Origin: Gekko japonicus
Taxonomy: Eukaryota
Direction: 5' to 3'
Assembly (NCBI RefSeq): GCF_001447785.1
Contig: NW_015169277.1
Coordinates: 62,001-126,000, forward strand
Length of the DNA stretch: 64,000 nt
Shown here: positions 36,073-47,672 of the stretch, one piece after another
Numbering within the stretch: the stretch's first letter is position 1
Layout of the letters: the number at the start of each line of letters is the position of its first letter
Notes under the pieces: model-generated
Told to the model about the DNA's origin: nothing
The model's database searches: none
Seen by the model: the letters and a program-made list of their open reading frames with translations, nothing else
Program-made: the position numbers and the translations under genes

Positions 36073-36838
36073 GGGCCTAAAGGATTCAATCATAACAGGT
36101 ACTGGTGATCATGCTGTAGAGTCAGGCGTGGCTGGAAGCCCATTTCAGGACCTTGGAGAGTTCCAACTTGTTCCAATTGAGATTAGTGTTAGGCTGAGCT
36201 CCTAAACCAGGCAAAAGACTCACACAGGATCAGCTCCACCCTTTGAGGGCAAGGAGTGCTTCTTAAAGGGCCCATGCTTGTATTTGGAGCCTGAAACTCC
36301 TGGGGTGCTCTGCAACCACCCAGCGAGTGGGACTTGGTGATGGTGGCCTTGGATGCTGTTGAGATACCGGCCTTTGAGGTTGTGGCTGCACATTTGGGGA
36401 GGGGTGGTGGCTGACTGTCAGGCAAAATAGGTGGTCATTGCATTGCTTGACATACTATGCTACAAGAATGCATGTTTTGGCCCCATACTGCTCATATCAT
36501 ATCAAACTTTTATCTGTCACCTTTTTGGTAAATCCCCCTAACTATGAGCCTAGGCCACTGGGTAATACTCATAATTTTTCCCATCTCCACTGTATAGAAG
36601 CTCATCTTTCCCACTACCTTTGGGCAGCCAATATCCCACAATGATTTTCAGCTTTCCTATAGTTTCTTTTTGTCTCTCTCTGTGTGTGGGATCAGTTTAA
36701 AGCATGGCTCCTAAAACAAATACTTTAGGGCTACAAATCAGTACACAACGGATACAATTGGGGTAAGCAAGAGAGCTCAGAGGTGACCAGAAGAGACCCA
36801 CCACGTTCTGAAATTATTAATGGAATTGTAATGTACAA

Positions 36839-37186
36839 GGAGCTGCGGTGGCTCAAGTGGTTAAGACGCTGAACTGCAGGCTGTGGAAGATCGGTAGTTC
36901 AGCAGTTCGAGACCCGGGTGCCGCATGACGGAGTGAGCTCCCGTCTCTAGTTCCAGCTCCTGCCAACCTAGCAGTTCGAAAGCAAGAAATTGCAAGTAGA
37001 TAAATAGGTGCCACTTCAGTGGGAAGGTAACAGCGTTCCGTGAGCCTTGGTGTTTAGTCATGCCGGCTACATGACCACGGAAACGTCTTCGGACAGCGCT
37101 GGCTCTTCGGCTTTGAAACGGAGATGAGCACCACAACCCTAGAGTCGGATTTGACTGGCTTTCGAGAAAGGGAACCTTTACCTTTT
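36839..37186 (+). mobile_element. Sauria SINE (Squam1), full length
   Basis: TSD TAATGTACAA at 36829-36838 and 37187-37196. Confidence 0.92.
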
Positions 37187-37477
37187 TAATGTACAATATA
37201 CAGAACCAATAGTGCAAAATTTAAATACCACAGGTAGAACAAATCTTGATTCTTCAGATTTTGCTCACAGATACAATTGTTTATGGATGGCAGACCACTA
37301 GCCAAAGTTATTGCCAAAGGAAGCTCCCCCCCCCCCGGTCAAGTTTTAGAAACCCTTCCTCCCTCCCACTGTGAACAACTTGTTTTTGCACTGTCAAATG
37401 GCATCTTTCAAAAAGATTTAAAATGGGAAGTCCTGTTAATTTAGTAAGTGCTATTTTTAAAAAGGTATCCCTTAGAA

Positions 37478-37577
37478 ACAGTCAAAAAGAGGAAGCGTCC
37501 AGGAGCACCTTAAAGACTAACAACATATCTGGCAGGGTGGGAACTTTTGTGAGTCACTGCTCACTTCTTCAGATACC
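37478..37577 (-). mobile_element. Penelope-like element terminal fragment with decayed hammerhead core
   Basis: Minus strand TCTGAAGAAGTGAGCAGTGACTCACAAAAG...GTTAGTCTTTAAGGTGCT; homologous to 38491-38565 and 40880-41072. Confidence 0.6.
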
Positions 37578-38248
37578 TCACCTTGTCCAAGTGGCTCAGA
37601 CAAATTCATTGCCTGTTAGTGGAAACTTCTGTTTCACACTTACGTAGGCAGGTTTGCCAGAGATAAGGCTCAATTATTTAAAGTTACAGTTTCTTCAGTT
37701 TCTTGGCTTCCAAAATAGCCTTCCTGTTTTTAGTAAGAATCATCTAAACTATCTCCAGAAAAATAGTTATATTCTGGTTGAAATGTAAATTGTCAGAATT
37801 AGCACACGCTAAATATAAAATTGGATTATTCGCCCGGATTCATTTATCCCTGTTTTTAGACCATAAACCTAATGTCTTTTCTGGGTGGAATATCATAAAT
37901 GGAAGTGACGTGTGTAAACTTTGTATGAAATAAATGGAACTCATTAATTCTGCCAGTCAGATTTTCATTACTTTTCAATAAAAGGCAAGCTTGTATTCTT
38001 AACATGTACACCATTTAACTATTAATAAAATATTGTTTTATTAAAACAAAACAAACCCATATGCTTGTGATCGCCAGTCTCATACAATTTACCGGGGACT
38101 TCAAACACCAGGTTCAAGAGGGGATGAATACAACACACCCTTTCATACTCACCCTCCCAAAGCCTACTGATCCTGAACATTAAATTATTTTTAATCTCTC
38201 TGTCTTTCTTGACAATGTCAACATAACTTCCTTCATATTCTGGACATC

Positions 38249-38848
38249 GCATTTTTCTCCTTTGCCTATCACTCTCTTAAGTACTCATTTTAAAAATCGT
38301 TCCCCCTTTTTTTGCCTTTTCAAAAACACTCCCCTGAAATGGATAGGGATTTTCAATGCCTTGGTCACCTGGAAGAAACTTTTAATCACCACAGGTGTCT
38401 CACAACTGTCAACTACACCTAGTGTTCCCTCTAAGCTGAGTCAGTGTGAGCTAGCTCACAGTTTTTTAGCCTCTGGCTCACACATTTTTTAGTCTGTCTG
38501 TAGCCAAAGAAAACAGTAAGAGTCCAGGGGCACCATAAAGACTAACCAAATTTGTGGCAGGGGTAGTGTCAGCATGCTGCCATTGTGTTTTTAAGCATTT
38601 TTCTCCTTTGCCTACCACTCTCTTAAGTACTCATTTTAAAAACAGTTCCCCCTTTTTCGCATTTTCAAAAACACTCCCTTGAAATGTATAGGGATTTTCA
38701 ATGCCTTGGTCACCTGGAAGAAACTTTTAATCACCACAGGTGTCTCACAACTGTCAACCACACTGTCCACTACACCTAGTGTTCCCTCTAAGCTGAGTTA
38801 GTGTGAGCTAGCTCACAGTTTTTTAGCCTCTGGCTCACACATTTTTTT
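38249..38848. repeat. ~240-bp duplication separated by a Penelope-like fragment
   Basis: 38249-38490 approximately equals 38595-38848 (including the MITE 5' half); filler 38491-38594. Confidence 0.9.
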
Positions 38849-38982
38849 CTTAGCTCAGGAAGGATGGCTCCAGAGCAAACTGATTTATGCAGGAGCCAAA
38901 TCACTCGCTCACAACTTTAACGCTCAGTAGCTCATGAAGTAGAATTTTTGCTCACAAGACTCCACAGCTTAGAGGGAGCATG
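38777..38982 (+). mobile_element. hAT MITE family A
   Basis: Full-length homolog of 10199-10405. Confidence 0.9.
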
Positions 38983-39059
38983 CATCTGTTTTCACTGTTG
39001 GGTGTCAGCTCTGGGATATGTAAAGGACAAGGCTCTCTCTCTCACACACCCCTGAGAGC

Positions 39060-39803
39060 CAATGCCCCCTCCAAGGGGTGGAGTCTTGTGAGCAAAAATT
39101 CTACTTTGTGAGCTACTAGCGTTAAAGTTGTGAGCGAGTGATTTGGCTCCTGCATAAATCAGTTTGCTCTGGAGCCATCCTTCCTGAGTGAAGACAAAAA
39201 GGGGAGCGGTGGCGCAGGCAGTAAGGGAAGCCTGCTTTAAAACCTGGGCGAGCACCTTCGGCTGTTCGAATCCCCACCGCGGCCAGGGTGAGCTCCTGGC
39301 CCTATGTCCCAGCTCACGTTCACCCAGCGGTTCGAAAGCCCGTTAAAGGGTGAGTAGATAAAATGGGGACCTGCTACTAGAGCAGGAGGGCACCCACCTC
39401 CAGTGTAGCGGCGACGGCGGACAAGCGGAGAACGGAGGAACGATGCGGCGGCGGCGGAGGAAAGAATGGCGGCTGGCGAGGCGACGGGCAGGAACGGAGG
39501 CCGGATGAACGAGGTGCGGAGGCGGAGTGACGCGGCAGGCCGGAGCCTGACTTGGACAGAGGCCGCTGCGGAGCATGCGCAGAAGCGCGAAGTGGTCTGG
39601 GCCTAGAGAGTTATGTCTGCCGGTATGGACGGAAGTGCAAAGACCAGCGCCGAAAGAAGGGCCGCCGCCGGGACTGTCCCCTCGCAAGGAAAGATCTGCT
39701 ACAGAAGAAAGGGTGCCTGGTAAGGCTATAAATAAATAAATAAAAACCGGAGGCTAAAAAACTGTGAGCTAGCTCACACTAACTCATCTTAGAGGGAACA
39801 TTG
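39060..39803 (-). mobile_element. hAT MITE family A, inverted, interrupted by a SINE
   Basis: 8-bp TSD CTGAGAGC at 39052-39059 and 39804-39811; halves 39060-39200 and 39747-39803. Confidence 0.88.
39201..39746 (+). mobile_element. CpG-rich SINE with Sauria-related head, unrelated body and (TAAA)n tail
   Basis: A-box-like TGGCGCAGGCAG and B box GTTCGAATCC; blocks GTGAGCTCC, CCAGCTC, GTTCGAAAGC, GTAGATAAA collinear with Squam1; splits a MITE. Confidence 0.75.
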
Positions 39804-40541
39804 CTGAGAGCCCTCTTCCTCACACTGGGCACGAGGAGAGAGGCTTTCAAGACAGAATGGAAATATGGCAGCTTCATTTCCCAAATCTGCGGCAGCAGCA
39901 GAGAATCAGGCCTGAGGTGCCACTAAGGCACAGACACAAATGCTTAACGGTAACCCAGCAAATATCAAACCCTTTGTGCCCAGACTAAGCTCTTTTGTTT
40001 GCTTAAGGAGGATTTTCAGTTCTTCCTCTTTGACAATATAGAGCACCAGTTCACAGACCACACTCAGGTTTGAAGGAAAGAAGAACCAGATGGGAGAGCG
40101 GCTGAGAGGGGCAGCCCTACCCCCCCCCCCAAAAAAAAAGCCATATTGGTTTCCTTCAGACCCACTTCCATCCCTCTCTCTGCTTGGTGTTATCAGACCC
40201 AACCAGCCGCTCACTGGCTCACGGCGCCTGCAGGGCATGGATGGTGGAGCCAAGGCACTCTCCTGCGAGCTTCAGCTCATTAGCACCTGAACAACAAAAG
40301 GAACCTCGCGTCTCTTGCTGACTGCTCTCAAGGAGTCGGTGCTGCTATTCTTCGGCCTCTTCAAACGCCAACCTGAAAAGAAAAGATTCTCTCTCTCCCC
40401 AAGCCAGCAACGTTTCCGACCGGAGCAAACAAAATGAAACAAAACAGGTCCTACTTGAACACAAAATGGCTCTGGACTGAGCGCCCGTTGTTACATTCGC
40501 TACTGTGGCAGGCTCATGATGAATCCCAGCACACATCCAAA

Positions 40542-40790
40542 CAGGGGTGCCAGCCTCCAGGTAGGGCCTGGGGACCCCCCAGAATTACAGCTCATCTCCA
40601 GACTACAGAGATCAGTCCCCCTAGAGAAAATGGCTGCTTGGGAGGGTGGATGCTAGGGCACTGTACTCCACTTAGGTCCCTGCCCTCCCCGGGCTCCAAC
40701 CCCAAATCTCCAAGAGTTTTACAACCTGGAGTTGGCAACCCTACCCACCACCCTCCATCAGGGGGACCTGGAAACCCTACACCCAAATAG
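40542..40790. mobile_element. hAT-like MITE (TAGGGTTGCC-type end)
   Basis: CAGGGGTGCCAGCCTCCAGG...GGAGTTGGCAACCCTA; homolog of 15995-16622. Confidence 0.7.
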
Positions 40791-40879
40791 TGTTTGTCAG
40801 GTGTTAGTTACCCTGACCACCACGCAGCTAGGAGTAAAGAGTTATAGTCGTTGCTGCCAGTTTATTGCACAAGATGGGC

Positions 40880-41072
40880 AGCTGTGTTAGTGTGTCTGTA
40901 GCCAAAGAAAACAGTAAGAGTCCAGGAGCACCATAAAGACTAACCAAATCTGTGGCAGGGGTAGGAGTTTTCCTAAGTCACTGCTCACTTCTTCAGATCT
41001 GAAAAGAACAAGAGTCCAGGAACACCTTAGACTAACCAGATTTGTGGCAGGGCAGGAGCTTTCATGAGTCAT
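40880..41072 (-). mobile_element. Penelope-like terminal repeats, partial tandem pair
   Basis: Two consecutive AAGAGTCCAGGA-CACC--AGACTAACCA--TGTGGCAGGG units; CTGAAGA...GAAA core on the minus strand. Confidence 0.6.
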
Positions 41073-41084
41073 TGTTCCCTTCTC

Positions 41085-41262
41085 CAGTCACAAGTTCTTT
41101 CAGAGCTGTTCTCTCAAGGGCAGTTCTCAAGAGAGCTCTCTCAGCCCCACCTACCTCACAGGGTGTCTGTTGTGGGGAGGGGAAGGGAAAGGAGATTGCC
41201 AGCTGCTCTGAGAGTCCTTTGGGTCATGAAGGGCGGGGGTATCAATCCAGCCTCTTCTTCAT
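41085..41262 (+). mobile_element. Squam3-type SINE, 5'-truncated
   Basis: Body and tail only. Confidence 0.8.
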
Positions 41263-41741
41263 TTTCTAAAAACACTTGATGGGCACCAGCAGGACTATAA
41301 AGGGGTCAGTGGATGCCATGGTGCCCCGGGGCACAAGGCTGGGGACCCCTGCACTACTCAGTCCAACAAGGGATGGGAAAGTGTAGGTGGAACCACGGAA
41401 CCCAACCACAGCCGTGTCAATGGTCACCGAGTTCCTTACAAAAGTGGGTCTAGAGAAAACAGGCGTATTTGAAGATGACCAGCGTCTGCAAGATTCCTCT
41501 TTCATTCCCCACATTTTCCTCTCTAGGATCCTATAGGCTCTAGGGAGTCCAAAAGCACCAATTCCTTCACCTTCCTTTGGTTTTCCCCTCTTAACTCCTA
41601 ACACAAGTTTAGATGGCAGGGCAGATATTCTTCCTGCCCTTCCTTCTCTGCCTTTTCTTGCACGGCGCTTCCAAATTTAATCAACCACCGATTCTCTGTC
41701 AATGGGATATTAATAGTCGCTGTCTTATTTTAGCCCAGCCC

Positions 41742-41989
41742 CTATAAACTTGCCCTTCTAGGTTGTTTTTCAAAACGACCAGGTATGGCCATGCCTAAAA
41801 CCCTCTTTCAATACAAAGAACAAAACACAGATCACATGGAAGTTGCAGTCCTGCTCCAACGAGCCTTATAAACTTCTAGGTTGTTTTTCAAAATGACCAG
41901 GTATGGCCATGGCCATACAAAGAACAAAATACAATACAAAGAACAAAAACACAGATCATATGGAAGTTGCAGTCCTGCTCCAACGAGCC
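41742..41989. repeat. tandem duplication ~123 bp
   Basis: 41742-41866 approximately equals 41867-41989. Confidence 0.9.
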
Positions 41990-42315
41990 CAGAGGACACT
42001 GGGAGGCCCCCTCTCTGTGGAATGACTTCTCCCTCCTGGCAACATGTCCCCATCTTTGAACCTTTAAGGGCCCCCTCTCAAGCCATCCCTTCAGAGTTCA
42101 ACATGCGGCCGCCACCTGCTCTGACGATGCTGGAAGGAAGGGCCAGGTCACATCAGAGGAGGCAACAAGGTGGTTCCTTCCCATACTAGCATTTCCACCA
42201 CTCCTCAGAGAGGTGACACCGTTTGGGATGGACCCATCCTTGTGCAATTCCCCCAGGGGTCTCAGAGTGACACGGGAGGAAATGTGCCAATACATATCAG
42301 CTAAGCTGCCATGGG

Positions 42316-42403
42316 CAGTGTTCCCTCTAAGCTGAGTTAGTGTGAGCTAGCTCACAGTTTTTTAGCCTCCGGCTCACACATTTTTGTCTTAGCTCAGGAA
42401 GGA
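42316..42403 (+). mobile_element. hAT MITE family A, 5' half
   Basis: CAGTGTTCCCTCTAAGCTGAG...AGGAAGGA, truncated by an LTR-like segment. Confidence 0.85.
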
Positions 42404-42689
42404 TGTCTAGAAGTTCTGCAGGTGGTGATGGTGATGTCTGGGTTTCTTGGGGACCGTGGGAGAGAGTTTGGTTCCCAGCTTCAGCGCTAAATGGCCAGAG
42501 CTCTATCTCCCGTGCGTGGGAGTGTGGCTAATTGGCCAGGGCAGTGGGGGGGGTGCATACTAATACCCTATATCCTATTATGCCCAAGGGGCAGCCACCA
42601 TTCTTAATGTTAATGCATCGATAGCTCTTCAATAAAGTATTACCTTTCCCGATAAGCATGTGCTATGTTGTTGGCTGTGGGTTCTGACA
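42404..42689 (+). mobile_element. LTR-like segment
   Basis: TGTC(T)AGAA...TTCTGACA termini and AATAAA ~55 bp from the end; TSD not seen. Confidence 0.45.
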
Positions 42690-42831
42690 ATGCATTGCTG
42701 GAAAAGCCCTTGAGGAATATGGAAATGGGGTTGGAAGAACCACTTGTTTGTTTCCCTTCCACTGTGATGACTCCATCCTCAAATTAGGAGGGTCTGCGCC
42801 TGCATGGCAGAGCACCTCCTTTGCATGCAAA

Positions 42832-43110
42832 AGAAGAGAAAAGAAGAGATTGTATTTATACCCCACCCTTCACTCAGGGTCTCAGAGTGGCTTATGATCT
42901 CCTTCTCTTCCTCTCCCCACAACAGACACCCTTTGAGGTAGGTGGGGCTGAGAGAGCTCCTTTGAAAACTGCTCATGAGACAACAGCTCTGAGAGAACTG
43001 TGACTGACCCAAGGACACCCAGCCGGCTGCAATGTGGGGGAGGAGTGGGGAATCAACCCAGCTCTCCCAAATTAGAGTCCAGACTCATAACCACTATACC
43101 ACAGCTGGCT
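42832..43110 (-). mobile_element. Squam3-type SINE
   Basis: Reverse-complement copy. Confidence 0.85.
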
Positions 43111-43245
43111 ATCAGTTTCAGTCCCTGGCATTTCCATTTAAAAAGATCAGGTAACAGGGGAAATGAAAAACCTCTGCCTTAGAGCCAGGAAAGCTGAGCA
43201 AATCAGAGGAGATAACACTGATCTTGATAGCCCAATGGTCTGATT

Positions 43246-43937
43246 CAGGGGTTGTTTCGTAGAAAAAGAGCTAGGGGAACTCATTAGCACAACTCATTAG
43301 CATATGCCACACCCCCTGACATCACCGGAAGTATGTCATAAGGCCACACCCCCTGACATCACCGGAAGTGTGTCATAAGGCCACACACCCCGCCCCCANN
43401 NNNNNNNNNNNNNNNNNNNNNNNNNNNNNNNNNNNNNNNNNNNNNNNNNNNNNNNNNNNNNNNNNNNNNNNNNNNNNNNNNNNNNNNNNNNNNNNNNNNN
43501 NNNNNNNNNNNNNNNNNNNNNNNNNNNNNNNNNNNNNNNNNNNNNNNNNNNNNNNNNNNNNNNNNNNNNNNNNNNNNNNNNNNNNNNNNNNNNNNNNNNN
43601 NNNNNNNNNNNNNNNNNNNNNNNNNNNNNNNNNNNNNNNNNNNNNNNNNNNNNNNNNNNNNNNNNNNNNNNNNNNNNNNNNNNNNNNNNNNNNNNNNNNN
43701 NNNNNNNNNNNNNNNNNNNNNNNNNNNNNNNNNNNNNNNNNNNNNNNNNNNNNNNNNNNNNNNNNNNNNNNNNNNNNNNNNNNNNNNNNNNNNNNNNNNN
43801 NNNNNNNNNNNNNNNNNNNNNNNNNNNNNNNNNNNNNNNNNNNNNNNNNNNNNNNNNNNNNNNNNNNNNNNNNNNNNNNNNNTACCTCACCCGGGGGGGA
43901 CTGCGATCCCCCGCGATCCCCCCCGAAATGACCTCTG
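43246..43937 (+). mobile_element. hAT MITE family B nested in a Squam2 SINE (contains gap 43399-43882)
   Basis: TIR CAGGGGTTGTTTCG...CGAAATGACCTCTG; 8-bp TSD GTCTGATT. Confidence 0.8.
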
Positions 43938-43964
43938 GTCTGATTAAGTATAAAGCAACTTCAC

Positions 43965-44142
43965 ACAGGTCACAGCTGACTTATGGCGACCCGTAGGGTT
44001 TTCAAGGAAACAGACATTCAGATGCCATCACCTGCCTCTGAGTGGCACAGCCCGGGATTTCCAACTACTAACCAGGGCCGACCCTGCTTATCTTCCAAGA
44101 TCTGATGAGACTGGGCTAGCCTGGGCCCTCCAGGCCAGGGCA
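43965..44142 (-). mobile_element. 5S rRNA-derived SINE
   Basis: Reverse complement CTCATCAGATCTTGGAAGATAAGCAGGGTCGGCCCTGGTTAGTAGTTGG plus tail GGGTCGCCATAAGTCAGCTGTGACC. Confidence 0.75.
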
Positions 44143-44255
44143 CACATGTATACTGTCCACCGTTTCTTTGGGCAGCCAAGGGGAGAGAGTACAATGTATG
44201 GGGAAGGGCCACGGCTTGATGGAAGAGTATCTGCTTTGCACAGAGAAGAACCTGG

Positions 44256-44657
44256 TGTCTTGCCAGAGAGCAAACCTGAAGCAAGTAGCTGAGCCAAAAC
44301 GGAGGTGGAGTTCCAGGGAGAAAGGAACCACAAACCATTTGTTTAGAAGTAGCTAGCATAGTTAGGATAGGATCTGTCTATTGTCTATTTTATGTGTAAA
44401 CTCCCCTTGTTTGTTTTAACCTCTCCAATTAAACCTTTATGTATTATAAGCTGGGAGTCTGAATGAATATCTGGGCAGTAGAGACTGTTTACGTGCCCTC
44501 CTCACCTCTCCTAAGCTGAGCCTGATAGCCTTGGGAAGCAAAGGGGACTCGGGATATCTGAGCACGCTACCTAATTAACCTTGAGTCCCTGGCATACACT
44601 GAGGTCCTGAGTCGGAGGACCTACATTGCTCAAAATATAGAGCGCAAGTATATGATA
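44256..44657 (+). mobile_element. solo LTR inserted in a Squam2 SINE (host ~44200-44255 and 44663-44800)
   Basis: TGTC...GATA (decayed GACA), 5-bp TSD CCTGG/CTTGG, ATTAAA signal; host SINE halves rejoin. Confidence 0.6.
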
Positions 44658-46508
44658 CTTGGGTTCCATCCCCAGTATCTCCAGTTTAAAGGATCATGTG
44701 ATACACTGTGTGAAAGACCACAACCCAGAGACCCACTGTCAGTCAGGGTGGGCAATACAGACTTTGATAGTCCACAGGTCTGATTCATCAGAAGGCGCCT
44801 TCTTCTGGACAACAGAAAACCCCTCTTTCCGCAGAAGGGAACCATTCAGTCCAATCTGGTGCATCTCCGAGTCTTAAGGAATGATGAAAGCACATTGGAA
44901 AATAAGCTATCGGCGTTAACACAAACTTGGAAATGGAGGAAACCTCCCACCACTTCCCTTTGGAGCAAAACCCTAACTCAGAGGATTTGTAAAAGTGCAG
45001 AACGGTCCTGGAAATCTTAATTTGCTGGCGTTGGCAATTTTGCTCTTGCTCATTAGGCACTCAACAGGTGTTCCTTTTCCGAATGACAGGATGCGTAACA
45101 GTAAAGGCAATTAATGGGCAGCATAAGGAGGAGGCGGGGAAGTCTCTTTCCGCCCAACTTTTCTTGCAGCTGCCTTCCAGGCCGCATCCCCCACCCCTGT
45201 GTGAGTCCCGGGGCCGGCCATGCTTTATCATCCTTCATCAAGTGAGATCAAGGCAAGGAGCCCCGATGGTTTGCACACTGCCCCGTAATCCCCTCTCTGC
45301 AGAAAGGCAGGGAGAAAACATGACCATTCTCCACGTTGTGTGCTCCCATTATATATCAGGGGCAAAGCAATACAAAAGAGTCGAAGCCCAGTGGAGAAGA
45401 AAGTTTAATGAGCAACTGACATCATTACTGGAATCACTGCACAGTTTGCCGTGAACAAACAACTTCCTTATAAACAGAACCGAGGAAAAAAAGACAGAAA
45501 GAAAATTAAAGTTGGCTTGGCTGCTTACTTCCGCATTGTCTACTCACATTTGTTTACCGTCCCTGGACAAAGTGCCCCAGGCAGTTGGCATAAAAGCCTC
45601 CCTCCACTCCAGGGATGATTTGGGTTCTGCAGATTAACGTTTGCGTTCCCCCAAAGTAGTAATTTTGCAAGGCACAAGGAACTGGCTAGGAATTAGCTGA
45701 GCACAAGTTAAAAACATCCATTCATGTAACTACCGGGTGGACGGCACTGTCAAGCCAACAGCCACTGCCTTCCGTCTTCCTGCTGCAGAAACAATTTTGC
45801 TGGGCTGGGTTTGTTTGCTTTCTTGGCCAAGATGGACAGCCCAGATTTATACAGAAGTCATTACAGCCGCTTATTTTGGATCAAGCTGAGTGGTATCATG
45901 ACACAGGTAACAACTCAGGATGATAGAATTAAGGTACGCCGGGGGGGAAAGAGGCTCTGAATTTCAATACAAACTGGTAACAATCCAAGGTCAAAGCAAG
46001 CAAGGTGTTCGGATCTTCTGGATCAAACAGATCCTAGATAAATCAGCATTCAACAGCTCAGAAGTATAATAATGACACAGGAGTTTGGAGCACACTACTT
46101 TTTCAGGGGAGACCAAGGGCTGTTTGGAGTTGGTTGCTTCCGCCTCCTCGCCCTTCCGTCTCCTGAGCACTGCACTCTTCTACCCATCCTGACGGCTGCC
46201 TGCAAGGATCCCAGAGTTTCTTGGAGGAGAAGCGGAATGCACATGTGGGGCATGCCTATTCCACAGGTAAGGAGCTGAGAGAGCCCCTCTCCCTGGTCCA
46301 ACCTGTAGCTACAGTGGGGCCTCTCGGGGCCCACCCCCTGACCTACCCCCAAGACCTCCCGACTTCCAATCCAACCCAGGCCCTCCCCGAAAAATATTTG
46401 TGTGTCTGTGCTGCAGTGTGTAGCCGTGCCTCACTGAGCCTGCCTGCTGGAGTCCCGCCCCTGCCCTCACCCCACCCTCCATTCCCATGCCGCCAGAGGG
46501 AGTGCAGG

Positions 46509-46857
46509 TGTTAAATCGTGGGTTTCACAGGGCAGAGGCGAAGGCAGAGTCATTTCAACAAGCAGCAGTTTATTGCATCTCAACAAGAACCCTTTACATG
46601 GGGCAACTGCCCTAACGATATACACCTAAGCCACTCTCAGCCCCCATGCGATTGGTGAGTTGAAATGGCCTCCAGGCTCCAGATTGGCTGGCTGCCCCCA
46701 GGGGCCAATCCACAGGGAGGCTCCAGGATCCCGCCTGCCTTTGTTCTGGGATCCAAGCTCCAACTAGGTGGCCTGCTAGACAAGTCCAGGCGTGCCTCCT
46801 TATGCTGGCTACTGCAGTTAAGTCTGAGTGGAAGAGTGCACATGTCCAGACATAACA
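46509..46857 (-). mobile_element. solo LTR (349 bp)
   Basis: TGTTA...TAACA termini, perfect 5-bp TSD GCAGG, AATAAA and CCAAT boxes on the minus strand. Confidence 0.8.
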
Positions 46858-47466
46858 GCAGGAAAGAAGCCAAGTGGCGGTAGTGGGGGGTGGGGAGGAT
46901 CAATCCAGCAGCCCCCCTCCCCTGGTTTTCATCCACCGTCTTCTTGCTTTGCGGCTCTGGGCGCTGCTGCTGGAAGCTTCCTGGGGAGAGCCGGTGCCAG
47001 GTAAGGAGGACTCCAGGCTTTTATGGGCAGCTGGGGTGGGGGCTGTTGTTAAGCAGCTGGCTTAACTTTTCTAGCATTGTGAATTGTGGCTGCAACAACA
47101 GCAGCAGCAGCAGCAGCAGTGGGGCTCCCCCCCTGCCTGCCTGTGCCCCCTGACTTTTTAAAATGCCCCCCTCAGCTTTAAAAATCCTGGCTACGCCCCT
47201 GGTCAGCAGCCTGTGATAATTAAACTATGTCAACACCCACAGCAAGCTGTCCACAGAGAGCCTGTTTGCATAGTTGAAAGTATACAACTAGACATGATAA
47301 ATCATTGACACACATTGGGTGACAAACCATAACGTTTCCGCAACCCAAACCCTGGTTGTTGGGAGGCCTTTCTTAGGAACACAAGGTCTCACTGACGCTC
47401 CCAAATTGGAGCACCCCGCACGATTGTTATAGTGCACGGGCGTAAATCTGTGCAGGGTTTGCACTT

Positions 47467-47672
47467 GGGTGTTCCCTCTAAGCGGAGTTAGTGTGAGCCA
47501 GCTCACAGTTTTTTAGCCTCCGGCTCACACATTTTTGTCTTCGCTCAGGAAGGATGGCCCCAGAGCAAACTAATTGATGCAGCAGCCAAATCGCTGGCTC
47601 ACAACTTTAATGCCAGCAGCTCACCAAGTAAGACTTTTGCTCACAAGACTCCACAGCTTAGAGGGAACATTG
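47467..47672 (+). mobile_element. hAT MITE family A
   Basis: Full-length homolog of 10199-10405. Confidence 0.88.

Noticed and set aside
40795-42300. Possible long LTR/DIRS-like element
   Set aside because: Only one TG-type end and a polyA-like signal seen; no matching terminus or TSD could be established
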